Source: Octopus vulgaris
Lineage: Eukaryota
NCBI GenBank assembly: GCA_951406725.2
Contig: OX597815.1
Location: 158,286,001 to 158,350,000, forward strand
DNA length: 64,000 nucleotides
Direction: 5' to 3'
Position numbers and translations under genes: made by a program. This document shows positions 39,790-54,085 of the stretch, one piece after another; the stretch's first letter is position 1, and each line of letters opens with the position of its first letter. The notes below the pieces were generated by a model, which saw only the letters and a list, made by a program, of their open reading frames with translations, ran no database searches and was not told the origin of the DNA.

Positions 39790-40136
39790 TATTTACTTTG
39801 TTTAAATATTGCTTGATAAATTTGCTCGTAAATTTGTTACCGGCATCCTCTCTGTCGTCGGGTATGATTTGCGTCTGCGCACAGGTTTGAAAAGTTAGGA
39901 TACACAAACCGTTAGATTTGCAAGTGCCTCTAACGGCCTGTGCTTCTAGGATTAAGAAGGCTCCCTACTGATGAACCTTGCATTGGCAAATATATTCTGT
40001 TTGTTTGCAAAAAATAGGTAGAAACCGTCGGTCTAGGATATAGCTGAGATGGTAAATGTTTTTAATTTCCATTCCTTTCATGAATTTATCCCTTTGTGTG
40101 TATCTAGCACAACGCTTCTTTACTTAGAAGCCTTAA

Positions 40137-40140
<4 letters not shown>
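39790..40140 (+). mobile_element. Penelope-like non-coding repeat carrying a hammerhead
   Basis: Lies between (TA)n runs and contains the HHR at 39964-40037. Confidence 0.6.
39964..40037 (+). ncRNA. Type I hammerhead ribozyme
   Basis: CCTA-CTGATGA-ACCT-[37 nt]-AGGT-A-GAAACC-GTC-GGTC^TAGG; one extra A before G12. Confidence 0.72.
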
Positions 40141-40229
<89 letters not shown>

Positions 40230-40335
40230 CATATATTATATGTGTGTGTGCAATATATTTTATAAACGAGTGAAGAAAAAATATACAGTGCGTGTGTTTA
40301 TTTGGCACAAAAAATGACCGTCCCGAAATTCAGCA

Positions 40336-40409
<74 letters not shown>

Positions 40410-40411
40410 GT

Positions 40412-40726
40412 ATCACCATGATCACCGTGACTGATCAGGCTATCAGATGTTGCTACACGTCGCTGGTCACAATGCGCTTCGCATTGTTTTAGCCTTCAAA
40501 TGACGCCACCCCGCTGGCTAAGCGAGCAGGCCAACAGAAGAAAAAGTGAGAGAAGGTTGTGGCGAAAGTGTACAGCAGGGATCGCCACCCCCCACTGCCG
40601 GAGCCTCGTGGAGCTTTTTAGGTGTTTTCGCTCACTAAACACTCACAACGCCCGGTCTGGGAATCGAAACCGCGATCCTACGACCGCGAGTCCGCTGCCC
40701 TAACCACTGGGCCATTGCGCCTTCAC
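40412..40726 (-). mobile_element. SINE family C with alternative 3' tail
   Basis: Head nearly identical to 23055-23238; different tail. Confidence 0.9.
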
Positions 40727-41432
40727 ACACACACACACACACACACAAACACATATATATGTATCAACGTATATATGTTTTGTGCTATTTATCTGATGTG
40801 CTGTCTCGTCGTAAGCCCTTTTTCAAAACGAAATCAATATACAAATACACTTGTGTTCGTATGTAGTTTTCACCACATTGTACATGTTTATAAGTATTTA
40901 ATTTAATTATCAATTAGATTACGCTGTATTAGGTTTGACCTGGATAGCACAGCTACATGATATCAGTTTAAAACTTCCGAATTTAAAGCTTCTTTGAAAT
41001 CAAAAAAAAAAAATCACTTTTAAAACTTAATTAGAGCCAGATCTTAATTACATTTAATCAATGAGCACTATAATCGAAATTTTGAGCAATTTTTATCTAT
41101 TTATTTTTCTAATCATATTTAAGCGCACTATTTTAAAGCAATATGCAAATCTGTTAAATGAAAATATAATCAGCTCTTAATTTTACGCCAACCTGCTATA
41201 ATCATTCCAAGCATAGAAAAAGGAAATAAAAGCATGCAAGTACAACAGCAAAAAGAACAACAACAAAATTTATGGCATGAATTGCACATTTTGTTTCGCT
41301 TGTTTTTTACTCTTCACTCAATAAAGATTAGTATATTTAAAATAAACAACGTAGATTTCATTTCCATCTGTAAAGATTTAGAAATATAATTTTCTCATAC
41401 ATACATTCGTACATGCGTAGTACATACATGCA

Positions 41433-41480
<48 letters not shown>

Positions 41481-41560
41481 CAAAATGGGACAAGAACGCA
41501 AAACATACGGACAGTTAGGTGATACAAAAATGGGACAAGAAAGCATCCAGATAGACAGAT

Positions 41561-41620
<60 letters not shown>

Positions 41621-42449
41621 GTCTATCTGGATGTTTATATATATATAAACACACACACACACACACATATATATAGATAGACAGACACACTTACATATGT
41701 ATGTATATATATATACATACATACATATGTATGTGTGCCTATCTATCTGTCTGTTTGTCTCTCGGCCTTTCTGTCTCTCTGTCTGTTTGTCACACATATA
41801 TACATGCATATGCGTTATGTTTCCTGTAAACTTATAAAAAGACAATATTAACACGGACTGTAGACTCTCTTGTACTCGTGACCTCTAAATCAAGTCACAT
41901 TTCGAAGTACTTAAAATCCCATGATGCAACGGCAAATAACGATTATGTCACTCTTCTGTAAAGAACATTACCCATGTCCTTACAGGACAAAAATGTGCTC
42001 GATGTATCACCTTCCATCGTGACATTATGTTGTTGCTTAAATAATACAGAATGCTATCTGCAGAAAAGAGTGCTCTGGAATAAATATATGCATCTCTGCT
42101 ATGTATTATACATGTACATATCAACACAGGTAATATTGGTTAACATTGACATCAAATAAAAAGAGACCAGACTTAGTTATTTGGGACAAAAAAGAAAGTC
42201 ATATATAACGATGGCTACCAGGCAGATATAAACACCTCTCCCAAAATAAACCAGAAGAAGAATATCTACGAACAACTGTTTCAAAACTTGCAGCTTCGCT
42301 ATTCAGATTGTGAATTCACTTTTGTACCAATAGTCATGGGTATACTTAGGTAATATTAGTAAAAATCTTAGCGGCTAGCACGAACTTTACAGATACAGTT
42401 TGTAAGTGAAACAATAAACAAAAATGCAATTGTGGATGAAAACTAATAA

Positions 42450-42595
42450 AGTACTTGACTGATACTTATTTTATCGACCCCAAAAGATGAAAGGCAAAGT
42501 CAGCTTCGGTGGAATTAGAGCTCAGGACTTAAAGGCAGATGAAATGCTGCTAAGCATTTTGTCCGGCATGCTAATGGATCTGCCAACTCGCTACC
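42450..42595 (-). mobile_element. SINE family A, partial
   Basis: ACTTATTTTATCGACCCC..AAAGGCAAAGTC..CTGCCAACTCGC. Confidence 0.8.
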
Positions 42596-42609
42596 TTCAT
42601 TTTAAAAGT

Positions 42610-43249
42610 TGTTCTGTGCGTTCACAATTGATCCTGGCAGAAAATTTTCTCGTCTGAGAAAAACCAAAGCATGTTCACTTGGAGGGGATGCTTGAATTTG
42701 TTTAAAAGTTTCGTAGCGCGGTATTTCCTCTTGTCCTTGATGGCTTGGGTTAAAAATTGGCCCTTTCTTACCTTGCATAAGGAATACCGAATATCTTCAT
42801 GCACTACCTGTCTGATAAGAAACTCAGACACTTCCATGTCCCTGACGATGGACCTGATTGACTTGGAGGGATCGTTGTCAATCATGGCCTGATTGACAAA
42901 TCAGGAGTTCTTTTCTTATCAGGACGATCAGAGTGAGTTTTCCGAGCTGCCGTACCTTCGTAATCACCATTAAACTCTTCCAACTCTTTCCGAATCCTCT
43001 GCACTGTCCTCAGATTGACACCCAAACACTCTGAAATATTCGGATTGGAGTTTCTGGAGCGAATGCCTTGCAGTGCAGCACGTCATTTTCAAACTTCTGG
43101 CAGAGTGAATTGCGTCATGGTGCTGTTTTTCTTATAGACGTTGCCCAACTGACCCTACTATACCGTGTAGTCGGCAAAATCAAAAACAAACAGTGTGCAT
43201 GCACGAAATAAAAAATATAAAATGGTGATAATTTACCCATCGCACCCTG
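42610..43249 (-). mobile_element. maT/DD37D-like transposon, 5' part
   Basis: TIR CAGGGTGCGATGGGTAAATTATCACC; ORF IDNDPSKSIRSIVRDM...WFFSDEKIFCQDQ. Confidence 0.82.
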
Positions 43250-44451
43250 TCTAAATGTGTATATGTACCTCTTTCCAGGGCATAACAATTAATTAAAATA
43301 TTGTTATTTCGAGAAGTCAAATATTAATGCATTGTACTTTCTCCCTATATTTATCACAAACTGAAATATTAATTTCTGTAGAATAATTTTGACGATGTCA
43401 AGTCGACTATGTGATTCAAAATGCCAAATGAATAAACACATAAAAAGTAAGTAAATTATTTTTCTGCTTTTCAGAAGCAGGCCACAACAAATATTTGCAT
43501 ACAGATAATTTAGTGTAACAATTTTTTTTTATTATTTAAACTCAAAAATATATGGGTTCGACTTTAAATTATCTCAACCAAATAACTAAACATGTAAAAT
43601 GAATTTCCTTTGATAATAACAAAATAAACAGAATTTGGAACGGTTAGTGAGATATTTAATTTTTCTTTGAAAACTTTCATCTGTATCAAATTGCTTCCAG
43701 TATTTAAAAAGAAAGAAAATTATTTAACTCAAAAATATACCTGTGTTTTTTTAATAAGTTCATATAATGAACCTATTAACATCTTTCCAGATCATTTGAC
43801 CCAGCAAATTACTTAGAATTCTGAAAATATGTTAATTTTTCAAGCCACCTTAAGCAGACATAAGCAGCCCTAAAATCATTATAACGGGATAAGAGGCGCC
43901 TATTTTCTGCGACAGCTATTTCATGCAAAAAAAAAGAAAAGAAAAAAGAAACAGACACACACAGACACACACACACATACGCACAGGCACACACGCACAC
44001 ACAAACAAAACAAAACAAAACCTAAAGCCCCAAAACACCACTAAATACAAGAAAATGTTGTTAACGATGGTACTGGAACATTGAAAGTTCAGCCTTTTAT
44101 GTTTTGTACGGTTTTGAGAATTCAGGCACCAGCAGTCACATAATGAATTTTTAATCTGTTGAGATATCATTACTAAAAATATTATCGACTGCTTAATGGG
44201 GTGCAAAGATTTTATACTTATTTATGTAACATAATACTGCTGAATATCTTGCTAATGTGACTGGGATTCTACACACTAGAACTTATTGTTTAGCTATGTG
44301 TATAGAAAAGACGGTGAGTTATAACTATAATAACAATACTTCAACATGCTCTTGTCGTCTGAATGCATACGTGAAAACTGTAGTCCAGAATTCGCGTTTT
44401 TGCTACTGCCCGTAAGATTTTGTTGGAAAATTCAACACATATCAGAACACC

Positions 44452-44691
44452 CATACATACATACATACATACATACATACATACATACATACATACATAC
44501 ATACATACACACATACATACATACATACATACATACATACATACATACATACATACATACATACATACATACATACACACACATACATACATACATACAT
44601 ACATACATACATACATACATACATACATACATACATACATACATACATACATACATACATACATACATACACACGCACGCACACACACACA
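44452..44691. repeat. (CATA)n microsatellite
   Basis: Direct observation. Confidence 0.97.
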
Positions 44692-45324
44692 GATAAATGT
44701 CATTCAAATGTAACATATTGATAATGTTTATATAACTAAACATAAAATTTTCACTTAAACAAGGAATATATTCATATCAATGTACATGTACAATCTGTAA
44801 AATAACGCAGGAATTTATCAAGAAACCTGAATTAAATTATCTATCAAAATAGGAAAACAAAATAGAATAGCGATAGGAAAACATGGTAATTGCTAGCTTA
44901 TTGTGTGAAATCACACTGATTATTATTATTATTATCTTTTATTATAATGGCTTCCATTATAAAATGGAGATGTAGGAGATAAGGACCAATATCTCCTTAT
45001 TTAGAAGCATTACAAAATCGTGAGAAAAATATCCTTGAAGTGCTTATATTATCGAAAGAGGAGTGTCTTCTAATATATATTCCAAATTTCAAGTCTCATT
45101 TTTCGTTTTATTTATTATTTTTTTTTAAGAAAAAATTCCTGAAAAATTATATTTTGCCTAAGGATCATCTTCTAAAGCTATTATTTTTATAAAGATATGT
45201 TTCATATCAGAAATAATTTAATTGAATTTAGAAGAAAATGATTTAAGAGAGGAAATATATTCAATTCTTGAAATGCATGTTTTTAAGCACCCTTCTAAGA
45301 TAATTTTTATTATTTAGTGGAAGC

Positions 45325-45530
45325 AAGGCTGCGGATTGAGAATACACGTTAGCATTAGATAATATGCCATGCAGTATTTAGCTGCGGGATTTTTACGTTC
45401 TGGGTTAAAATCTCACTCGAGTTACCTTTATTCTTTCAGATTCGACAAAATAAGTATGCGTCAATTACACCGATCGATATAGTCGACTTTTCTCACTCCA
45501 AGAGTGAGTGGTTTTGTGCCAGTATTTGAA
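45325..45530 (+). mobile_element. SINE family A, very degraded
   Basis: CGTTAGCA..TTACGTTCTGGGTTAAAA..TCGACAAAATAAGTA. Confidence 0.6.
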
Positions 45531-46774
45531 GTCATCATTTAGTAGGAAACCTTAAACAGAGAAAAAAGAATCCGATAGTGTGTGTAGGTTCTCCCAGACA
45601 AGAGTGGCTGATTCTGTTGGCGTTCGTTTTGAGCTGTACCAGGAGGAAGTTTGCATTAAAACGCAAGTGGTGGACGAATTCTAGACAACTGCAATTCTGA
45701 GAAGTATGGATCAGGTAAGTTTTTAGTGCGGTGTTCGGTTGGAGTGACACAAAGTTTTAAGAGGGCAGACGGGTTAATTGAGCTTCAGAGAGACAGATCC
45801 GTTGAAGAAGGGATAGAGAGAGGAAAGAACATTACTTTTTACAAATGACTGTTACGTATTAGTGGGTTAAGAAATGTTTACTGGTTAGCTGGATGATTTT
45901 TTTTAATGTTATCTGGAGCACTCTTAAACTTACTTACATTTTAACACAATTTTATTTCAAAACCCCTTTCAATTTTATTAAATATAATAGGCACTAAAAG
46001 AATATGTGATTATATTAAACAGAAAGAGTGATTGGTATTTGTCAGTGAATTCCTATGTCCTTCATAATTTAGCGTTGATTTTTCTGTATCCCTGTTAAAG
46101 CTGAAAATACGTGTGGAAGAAAATAGCAGAAGAGCTACCACTACAAACCTCACTTGGTATTTGTAATTCTGATTCCACATCAAGCCCTCAACCACCACCA
46201 CCACCACAAAAAAAAGAAAAAAAAAAAAGAAAAAAGGAAAAAAATCCACTCAAATTTGTTTTTGAAAATTCAAATTTAAGAATCTTGAATTTTATGACAT
46301 CTCGTTTTGAATCTTGAATTTTATGACAGCTCGTTTTGAGCCTTGAATAAAAAATTTTTGAACCTTGAATAAAATTTTTTTTACCTGCTTCATTACTACA
46401 ATGAATGGAATTTGGACAGAAGCTAATTTATAGTTGCCTATGTCTGCTAGAAATACTTGTAAAACTATTCATCCATTAGTATCAAACGCACGGTGATTAT
46501 GGTCTGGTTAATCGTATTTAAAGTCAAATTGTTTTATGATACAAAATCATCAGTAGATAAAAACAGAATTTATGAATTTCCTTTGAATGTTTTCATGGGT
46601 ATATTTCATTCAAGAACGCTCCGGTTTGATCTTTCAAAGTAAAAATGTTTGTCATCTTCCTGCGATATATACATACATACACGCATGCACACACACACAC
46701 ACACATACACACACACATACACACATATATATATACATACAAGGCCTGAAATATTATCGGGTGCTAGTAAATTG

Positions 46775-46986
46775 ATTTCAAGTTTTGGCACAAGGCCAGC
46801 AATTTCGGACGAAGGAGTAAGTCGATTACATCGACCCCAGTGGTTAACTGGTACTTATTTTATCGACGTCGAAGGATGAAAGGCAAAGTCGACCTTGGCG
46901 AAGTTTGAACTCAGAACGTGAAGACAGGCGAAATGCCACTAGGCATATTTGCCTGGCGTGTTAACGATTCTGCCAGTTCGTCGCCT
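46775..46986 (-). mobile_element. SINE family A
   Basis: GGTACTTATTTTATCGAC..GGATGAAAGGCAAAGTCGACC..CTGCCAGTTCGTCGCC. Confidence 0.88.
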
Positions 46987-47464
46987 TTTTCGCAAAAATA
47001 TATTAAGCTCATTAAGTTTCTCCAATATGTTTAACAAATATCAAAAATAATTCTCATCATGAAAGAATTCTATGAGAATTGAGTCTTTTTTCTGATAAAC
47101 AAAAACAAAAAAAAAAAAACACCTTTTTTGTAAGTTTACAAATCGTCTTATAGCTTGTTGAAAGACGTCGTCATTCTGCAAGCAGTAAGTTTGCTGAATC
47201 TGGATCTCACATCTTGGCCTAGTTTACCAGTAGATGACTATGCCTTCCAATGCTGGTAATTAATCTGATTCTACCTATCTGGGTAAGGAGTGGAAAAGGA
47301 GAAACTAATGAGAGTGTGTGTGTGTGTGAGAAAGAGAGACAGAGAGAGCGAGAGAGAAAGAAAGTGATAGAGAGATATAGAAGAAATCACACACATACGT
47401 TTATATGCATACACACATATATAATAATATATTATATATTATAGACGGAGAACTTTTTTACACT

Positions 47465-47940
47465 TCTGCTTGTTTCGATCATTGGATTTCGGGCAATCAG
47501 GAATGCTGCTTTGAAGATTTCATCGAACAAACCGACCCCAGGACTTATCTTAAATCTGGTACTTATTCTATCAGTGCTTTTGACCGAGCAGCTAAATTAT
47601 GGAACGTCAACGAACCAATACTGGTTGTCAACAGATGCAGGAACAAACACACATAAATGTAAACATATACACATAAACACATACACAGCGGGCTTCCACA
47701 TAGTTTGCGTCTACCAAATTCACTCACAAACATTGGTCGGCAAGGGGCTGAGCAAGAAGACACTTGCCCAAGACACCACGCGTTGGGACTGAACCCGAAA
47801 CGACATGGTTACAAAAGAGACTGATAGAATGAATATCAGGCTTTATAATAAGTAATGGGGTAGATTTATTCGACGAAACGCTTCAAGGTAGTGCTCCAGC
47901 ATGGCCGCAGTCCAAAGACCGAAACAAGTAAAAGATAAAA
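47465..47940. mobile_element. SINE family B minus-strand copy (47465-47812) abutting a plus-strand tail (47820-47940)
   Basis: GAAGACACTTGCCCAAG..GGGACTGAACCCG, then GCTCCAGCATGGCCGCAGTC..GAAACAAGTAAAAG. Confidence 0.8.
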
Positions 47941-47942
47941 GT

Positions 47943-48014
<72 letters not shown>

Positions 48015-48016
<2 letters not shown>

Positions 48017-48720
48017 GACATGCTGAAAATAAATAGACACCTTTAATTTTCAAAATCTTTTACTTAATACACAAAGCGAACAATTGAAGTGTAATCGTTA
48101 GGTAGGACTACATACTTTAGTATTTAGTTGACATTCCCATTGCAGTTTTTAATTCAGAAACACTTTTTGGCATTGAACTGATGAGCTTTGTGATTGTCTC
48201 TTGTGGAATTTCTGCCCACTTTTCATGTAACGGTCGAAACAATTCATCTTTAGATTTAGGTTTCTGTCGAGTTTTTCGTATAGCTCTATCTAGTATACTC
48301 CAAAGATTTTCAATTGGGATCATATCATGAGATTGGCTCGGCCAAGGAAACTTTTTGATCCCATTTCCAGTCAGTCATTGTTGATTCCTTTTCTCTGTGT
48401 GTCATGGAGCCCCATCTTCCATGAATAAAAACTCAATTTTCGTTATGCTGTCGTGTAAATACATCGAAGGTTGTCCTTGCTTAAATATTTCGATTTATTT
48501 TTCAGAGTTTATGGTTCCAACACATTCGATCAGCTCAGAACAACCATTGCTGGTGACAGCTCTCCATACCATTACAGAGATACCGTCATGTTTTGACAGT
48601 TGGTTGGAGTCGTTTCAAATCAAATTCTTGATTAGGAAGCCTCCAGACCCAAACACGTTCACTGTCTGAAAATAATGCAAATCTGAGAAAAATACTCTAT
48701 CCCACTGACATTTCCTTAGC
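48015..48720 (-). mobile_element. Tc1 element, 3' half relic
   Basis: FMEDGAP, WPSQSHDMIPIENLWSIL, LISSMP...TKY*; TIR-like CAGACATGCTGAAAATAAATAGACAC. Confidence 0.85.
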
Positions 48721-48759
48721 CCATACATACATACATACATACATACACACATAATACAT

Positions 48760-48813
<54 letters not shown>

Positions 48814-49013
48814 GCCTATGTATGTATATGTATATATATGTAGATAGATATACACACGTATATATATGTATATATGTGTGTGTGTATATATATAATATAT
48901 ACATACATGAATACACATGTGTTTGCGTGTGTGTGTATACATACATACATACATACATACATACATACATACATACATACATACATACATACATACATAC
49001 ATACATGCATACA

Positions 49014-49087
<74 letters not shown>

Positions 49088-49862
49088 CATACATACATGC
49101 ATATATGTACAACAAAGAGAGGGGAGGGAGAGAATGTGATTAAGAATATTGTAATATTGACCTTTTATTTATTGGTTCTGGATCTGATTATTACAAGCTT
49201 TTGGGTGTTAAATATAGAAAACGCTATTGTTCTTTTATTACATTCAACGCTGTTATGATTTTCTTTCAATGTCTCCTTCTTGATATTATGATTTTCTATT
49301 AATTTCTACCTTCTTGCATTCTTCTTTATCAATATTTATATCATATGTAGAATAATTTTGGGAAGTAATTCTGAATTGACCATTTTCTTTCTTTTCTATT
49401 CTTTTTCTTATGAGGACAATTTTCTAATTATTTTTTTTAAAAAAAGCAGCATTTTCTTTCTAATTTTGTCATGTACAATAGGAACTGAGATTATCCGTTT
49501 TCATGTATATAATAAAATAGAGAAAATATATGTTATGTATTATGTGAGTTAATAAGATCTAATACTTGATTAAAATTATGCAAATATTAATGGCGTATTT
49601 TACAGATTTTGAAAAAAAAAAACTTTTTTTATTCAATATTCTTCTTTAATGAATGCGATCTTTACTGGAGCCACACTGAGGCTCAGATAGTTAATATTAT
49701 TTAAAATGAATAAAAAAGAGTGTATTAAGTGGTTTATACAGAAGTCTGAATTTGATGTTAGATAACGAACTAGAGAAACCAAGATAATACAATCGAGGTA
49801 TGCACACACACACACAGACACATATATATATTAATGTATGTATGTATACACACATACACACA

Positions 49863-51060
49863 CAAGGTGTCTCAATAATGTATGTGCACATATTGAATGA
49901 TTATAAAATCAGTGTTTATTAAAATTAATTTCATTTTCAAAGTTTTAATAGAATCTACAGACAGAATTTAATTTTCTTATGAACGTTTGTTTACAAATTT
50001 CTGACCGTTCTGGCTCATGCACTGCTGATAACACAAAGTTATTGAATCGCATATACCAAGAAATATTTCGTTGGTATTTGTGCATGTTCTCTTCAATTCA
50101 TCGACTGTTGCTGGTTTTGTACTTAAACTTTATCTTTTAACTATTCCCATACAAAAAAAATAAAAAATCTAGTGTTTCGAGGTAAACGCGGAGGGTATTC
50201 TCGCGCAATCTACATGTCTGGCAAAATCTCATTACTGGTTCCCTGAACCATTCAGTTTGACTGTAGCTTCATCACTCCAAACAATATTGTTGGAAAGGGC
50301 AGCTTTCTAACACATTTTGCCAAGTATAGCCCGCAAATCACCATTCTTCGGTTCGAATCATCTTCTTGTGAGCATGGGCTGTATTTGGAATGTAACTTTT
50401 CCAATGACAATGCTTCAAAATCCAATTGTCGCTTGATTTTGAAAATTCTATCTCACGATTCGCTTGCTGCATAGATTTATTTTTGAACTCTGGCAATACC
50501 TTTCCAATACCCTTGTCTATTTTGCGGCGCTAGTCGATGTTGCGATCTTCCAGAATGTTTCTTGCGGAGAATCTGAAAAATTTTACCTACTTCAAACTTA
50601 TCTCTAATTCAACTGGATTGTAAGTCATGAAGGGGAATATCTATTTGGTATACCCCGCTAAAGTATTTATATTTCGATTGCGTTTTCAGACGTCCAGTAA
50701 CACTATGATACATTTCCTTTGTTTAAAGCTTAATCTGACTTACTTCATTATTGTAAATAGCAAGGCGGCGAACTGGTAGAATCATTAGCACGCCGAGCAA
50801 AATATTTAGCTGTATTTCGTCCGTTTTCACGATTTGAGTTCAAATCCCGTTGAGGTAGACTTTGCCTTTCATCCTTTCGAAGACGATAAAATAAGCACCA
50901 GTTGAGCACTGGGCTCGATGTAATCGACCTACTCTTTCCATCGAAATTGCTGGCCTTGTGCCAAAATTTGAAATCATTATTGCTAATGATTTAAATCTGT
51001 AAAAAAATCGAATTGAGTTATCAACTTTTAGAGAGTGTATACATTTTTCGGAACACCCTG
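49863..51060 (-). mobile_element. rosa/DD41D-like transposon relic
   Basis: TIRs CAAGGTGTCTCAATAATGTATG / TACATTTTTCGGAACACCCTG; frameshifted EYPPR..LDF..W..KDKV.STKPATVDELK. Confidence 0.7.
50764..50978 (+). mobile_element. SINE family A nested in the DD41D-like relic
   Basis: GGCGGCGAACTGGTAGAATC...GCCTTGTGCCAAAATTTG. Confidence 0.88.
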
Positions 51061-52049
51061 TTTATATCTATATCGGATTGCATATCTGCTTATTTATTCA
51101 ATCCACTCGTTCACTTTTTTTTATTAGTTTGAGTCGCTTTTTATTCAGTCAATAAATCTATAATGATAGATCACGGTATACATAATTTTGTTTTACTGTT
51201 TTGAACTCCAGGTTATTGGTTAATTTCATGCATATTCTTCCAATGCAATAACAATTACTTTGTTAACATCTATTTTTGTTGATAAATATATTTGGGTAAT
51301 TTATAACGGATCTGTATAAAGCTGATTAGCTAAGTGATTTCTTTCGTCTATATTGCTATATAGATTATTCTATTAACCCCTTTTATTGTTAGTTTCCCTA
51401 GGTCAATACTTGTTTGAGTTGATCTATGCCCCAATACTTTCCAAACATGAATCTATGCCCCAATATTTTCCAAACATGACCGACCTGTCTTGTTTTTATG
51501 AATAATATTTTATATTATTAAGTATGGTTTCTTTTCTAAGATGTAATTTGTGTAATTTGAAGGGAAATTTTAGCAGATCCCATAGAGGATCTCTCGTTAT
51601 TCGTAGCTTTTCAGATATATTTTCGCATTTTGTAACAGAATTTCTACTGAGTGTTTATAGCAAGACACCTTAAACTAGTAATACTATGATGAAAATATGT
51701 TTTCTCAAAATGTATGCTAACTTATCGTTAGCAATCAAATATAAAAATCTATACTGCTATTTTTTAGAAATAAAATATTTACATAAACATGAATTATTAC
51801 ATCATCATTTATCAATCAGATTTTTTTCATCATCATTAACATATATATCAATTCTAAGTCCTGAATTATTTGTATAACGGTATGTAGACGTCACATTTAA
51901 AAAATCTTTATGAGAAAATGTTAGATAAGTACAATCAGCATATTTGAAGCAGATATATCAAAATAACAATGTAAAAAAGTGGTCATGAAAAACTAAGTAA
52001 CTTTACATTTATAAACACAGTCAATGATCTGTCAAGTAGCATATTATTA

Positions 52050-53220
52050 TCTTTTTAAAATGCTTTGATATACAGGAAACGGGTATTATACATTCAAGAA
52101 TTTTCACTTAACATATACTTACCAGAACATCAAATTACATAATCTTTTGTTCTAGTTACTCGATGACCAGCATCGTTAATACGAGATAAAATCACCTATA
52201 ATAATTAACACCTCCCCAAAGAAAAGTAGAGGTATCAGTTTAGCATTATCACGATTGAGGAGATGTCAAGGGGAATTTTCTCTTACTTTAAGTAGCATTT
52301 GAAGTGATATATGTGTGTATATTCCCACCTATCACATACGTCTATTTACAGGAATTTGACATCCTTGTATTCTTCCCTACTTTAAATTTTATTCCTAAAA
52401 CTACTACTCACTTTGGTATCAACCCACCCTTACCTTTTCTCTACCCATCCCTTAATATAGCCCTATCATATCACTTCTACTCACGCATATCACACTTATT
52501 CATTCCTTAGCTTTTCATTTTTTTTATCCAACCCTCCCAACTCCTTTCCCATCCTCCTCTCACATTTCTTGACCGCTAACTACCACTCCTTTTTGCACTT
52601 CTTTCACCTTTTCTTTACTTTTCTTTTCTTTTCTTTCATTCTTTTCACTTTTTCTTCTCTCTCTCTTTTTATTTTTGTCCTTTTTCTTTTCTCTCACTTT
52701 CTTCCTCTCATTTTCTCTTCCTGTCTCCATTTTGACCTATCTCCTCATTCTAATCATAGACATCCCCCCCATCTATCCACAAATACTAGCAATACATTCT
52801 CAAAATTTCATTCACACCACAAACCCCCATAGAATGAGCAACACAGATACCACGGCTCGATACTTAGAAATAACTAAACATGAACTACTATTGAAACTTA
52901 CCATATACAGGAAACTTTTTACCACTTTTATACACCACTTTACTCGAATAATGGAACTGCAACTACAATGTTTTATATTTTATTTCTACTTTCATTCTTT
53001 TATTTCCCTCTGTATTCCCTATCTCCACCTTTTCCATAATAATTCCTTATTTCAAACTCAAACATTTACCTCATTTTAACCATCTCACATCGTCTCTGAT
53101 GAAGGAATATCCATAATATCTCAGAAACAGCTGTAAGTCTATATCTATATCTCTTTCCTTATAAATAAATGTTCTGAAAACTCCTCATAGCCTAGCTTTA
53201 TTATCTCTTTTTGTCTAATA
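52050..53220 (+). mobile_element. Penelope-like 3' relic with pLTR hammerhead
   Basis: Weak GIY-YIG-like end (KTTTHFGIN), pyrimidine-rich UTR, HHR at 53092-53139. Confidence 0.5.
53092..53139 (+). ncRNA. Hammerhead ribozyme motif (PLE type)
   Basis: GTCT-CTGATGA-AGGAATAT..ATATCTC-A-GAAAC-AGCT-GTA^AGTC; palindromic helix III ACAGCTGT. Confidence 0.7.
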
Positions 53221-53236
53221 TATATATATCTATATA

Positions 53237-53436
53237 TCACGTGATCACGTGACCGACCAGTCCATCAGATGCAGTTACACATCGCTGGTCACAATGCGTT
53301 CGCATTGTTTTAGCCTTCGAATGACGCCACCCCGCTGGCTAAGCGAGCAGGCCAACAGAAGAAAGAGTGGTGAAAGAGAACAGCAGGGATCACCACCCCC
53401 TGCCGGAGTCTCGCGGAGCCTTTAGGTGTTTTCGCT

Positions 53437-53437
<1 letters not shown>
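53237..53437 (-). mobile_element. SINE family C, 3' part (same tail as 40412-40726)
   Basis: CGCTGGTCACAATGCG..GCTAAGCGAGCAGGCCAACAG..GGTGTTTTCGCTCA. Confidence 0.88.
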
Positions 53438-53468
<31 letters not shown>

Positions 53469-53471
<3 letters not shown>

Positions 53472-53628
53472 CGCAGGTGTGGCTGTGCGGTAAGTAGCTT
53501 ACTTACCAACCACACGGTTCCGGTTCAGTCCCATTGCGTGGCACCTTGGGCAGGTGTCTTCTACTATAGCTTCGGGCCGTCCAAAGCCTTGTGAGTGGAC
53601 TGAAACAAGTAAAAAGAGTAGAAGAGTA
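53469..53628 (+). mobile_element. SINE family B, internally deleted
   Basis: Head joined directly to the GACTGAAACAAGTAAAA tail. Confidence 0.88.
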
Positions 53629-53656
53629 ATATATATATATATTTCTTTTATTTTTC

Positions 53657-54036
53657 CTTTTACTTGTTTCAGTAATTTGACTGCGGCCACACTGGAGCAC
53701 CGCCATTAGTCGAACAAATCGATCCCAGGACTTATTCTTTGTAAGCCTAGCACTTATTCTATCGGCTTCTTATACCGAACCGCTAAGTTACTGGGACGTA
53801 AACACACCAGCATCAGTTGTCAAGCGATGGTGGGGAGACAAACACAGACAAATACACACATATATATATATACGACGGGCTTCTTTCAGTTTCCATCCAC
53901 CAAATCCACTCAGAAGGCTTTGGTCGATCCGAGCCTATAGCAGAAGACACTTGCCCAAAGTGCCACGCAGTGGGACTGAACGCGGAACAATGTTGTTTGG
54001 AAGGAAGCTTCTTACTACTCGGCCACGCTTGCGCCT
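53657..54036 (-). mobile_element. SINE family B, full length
   Basis: Reverse complement of family B. Confidence 0.9.
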
Positions 54037-54085
54037 ATTTTGCATCTTATCTAATTTAACTAATATTTAGCCATCCACTCACACC

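Noticed and set aside
45598-45714. Exon candidate TTCTCCCAG...CAG|GTAAGT
   Set aside because: Stops in all three frames; more likely old repeat debris.
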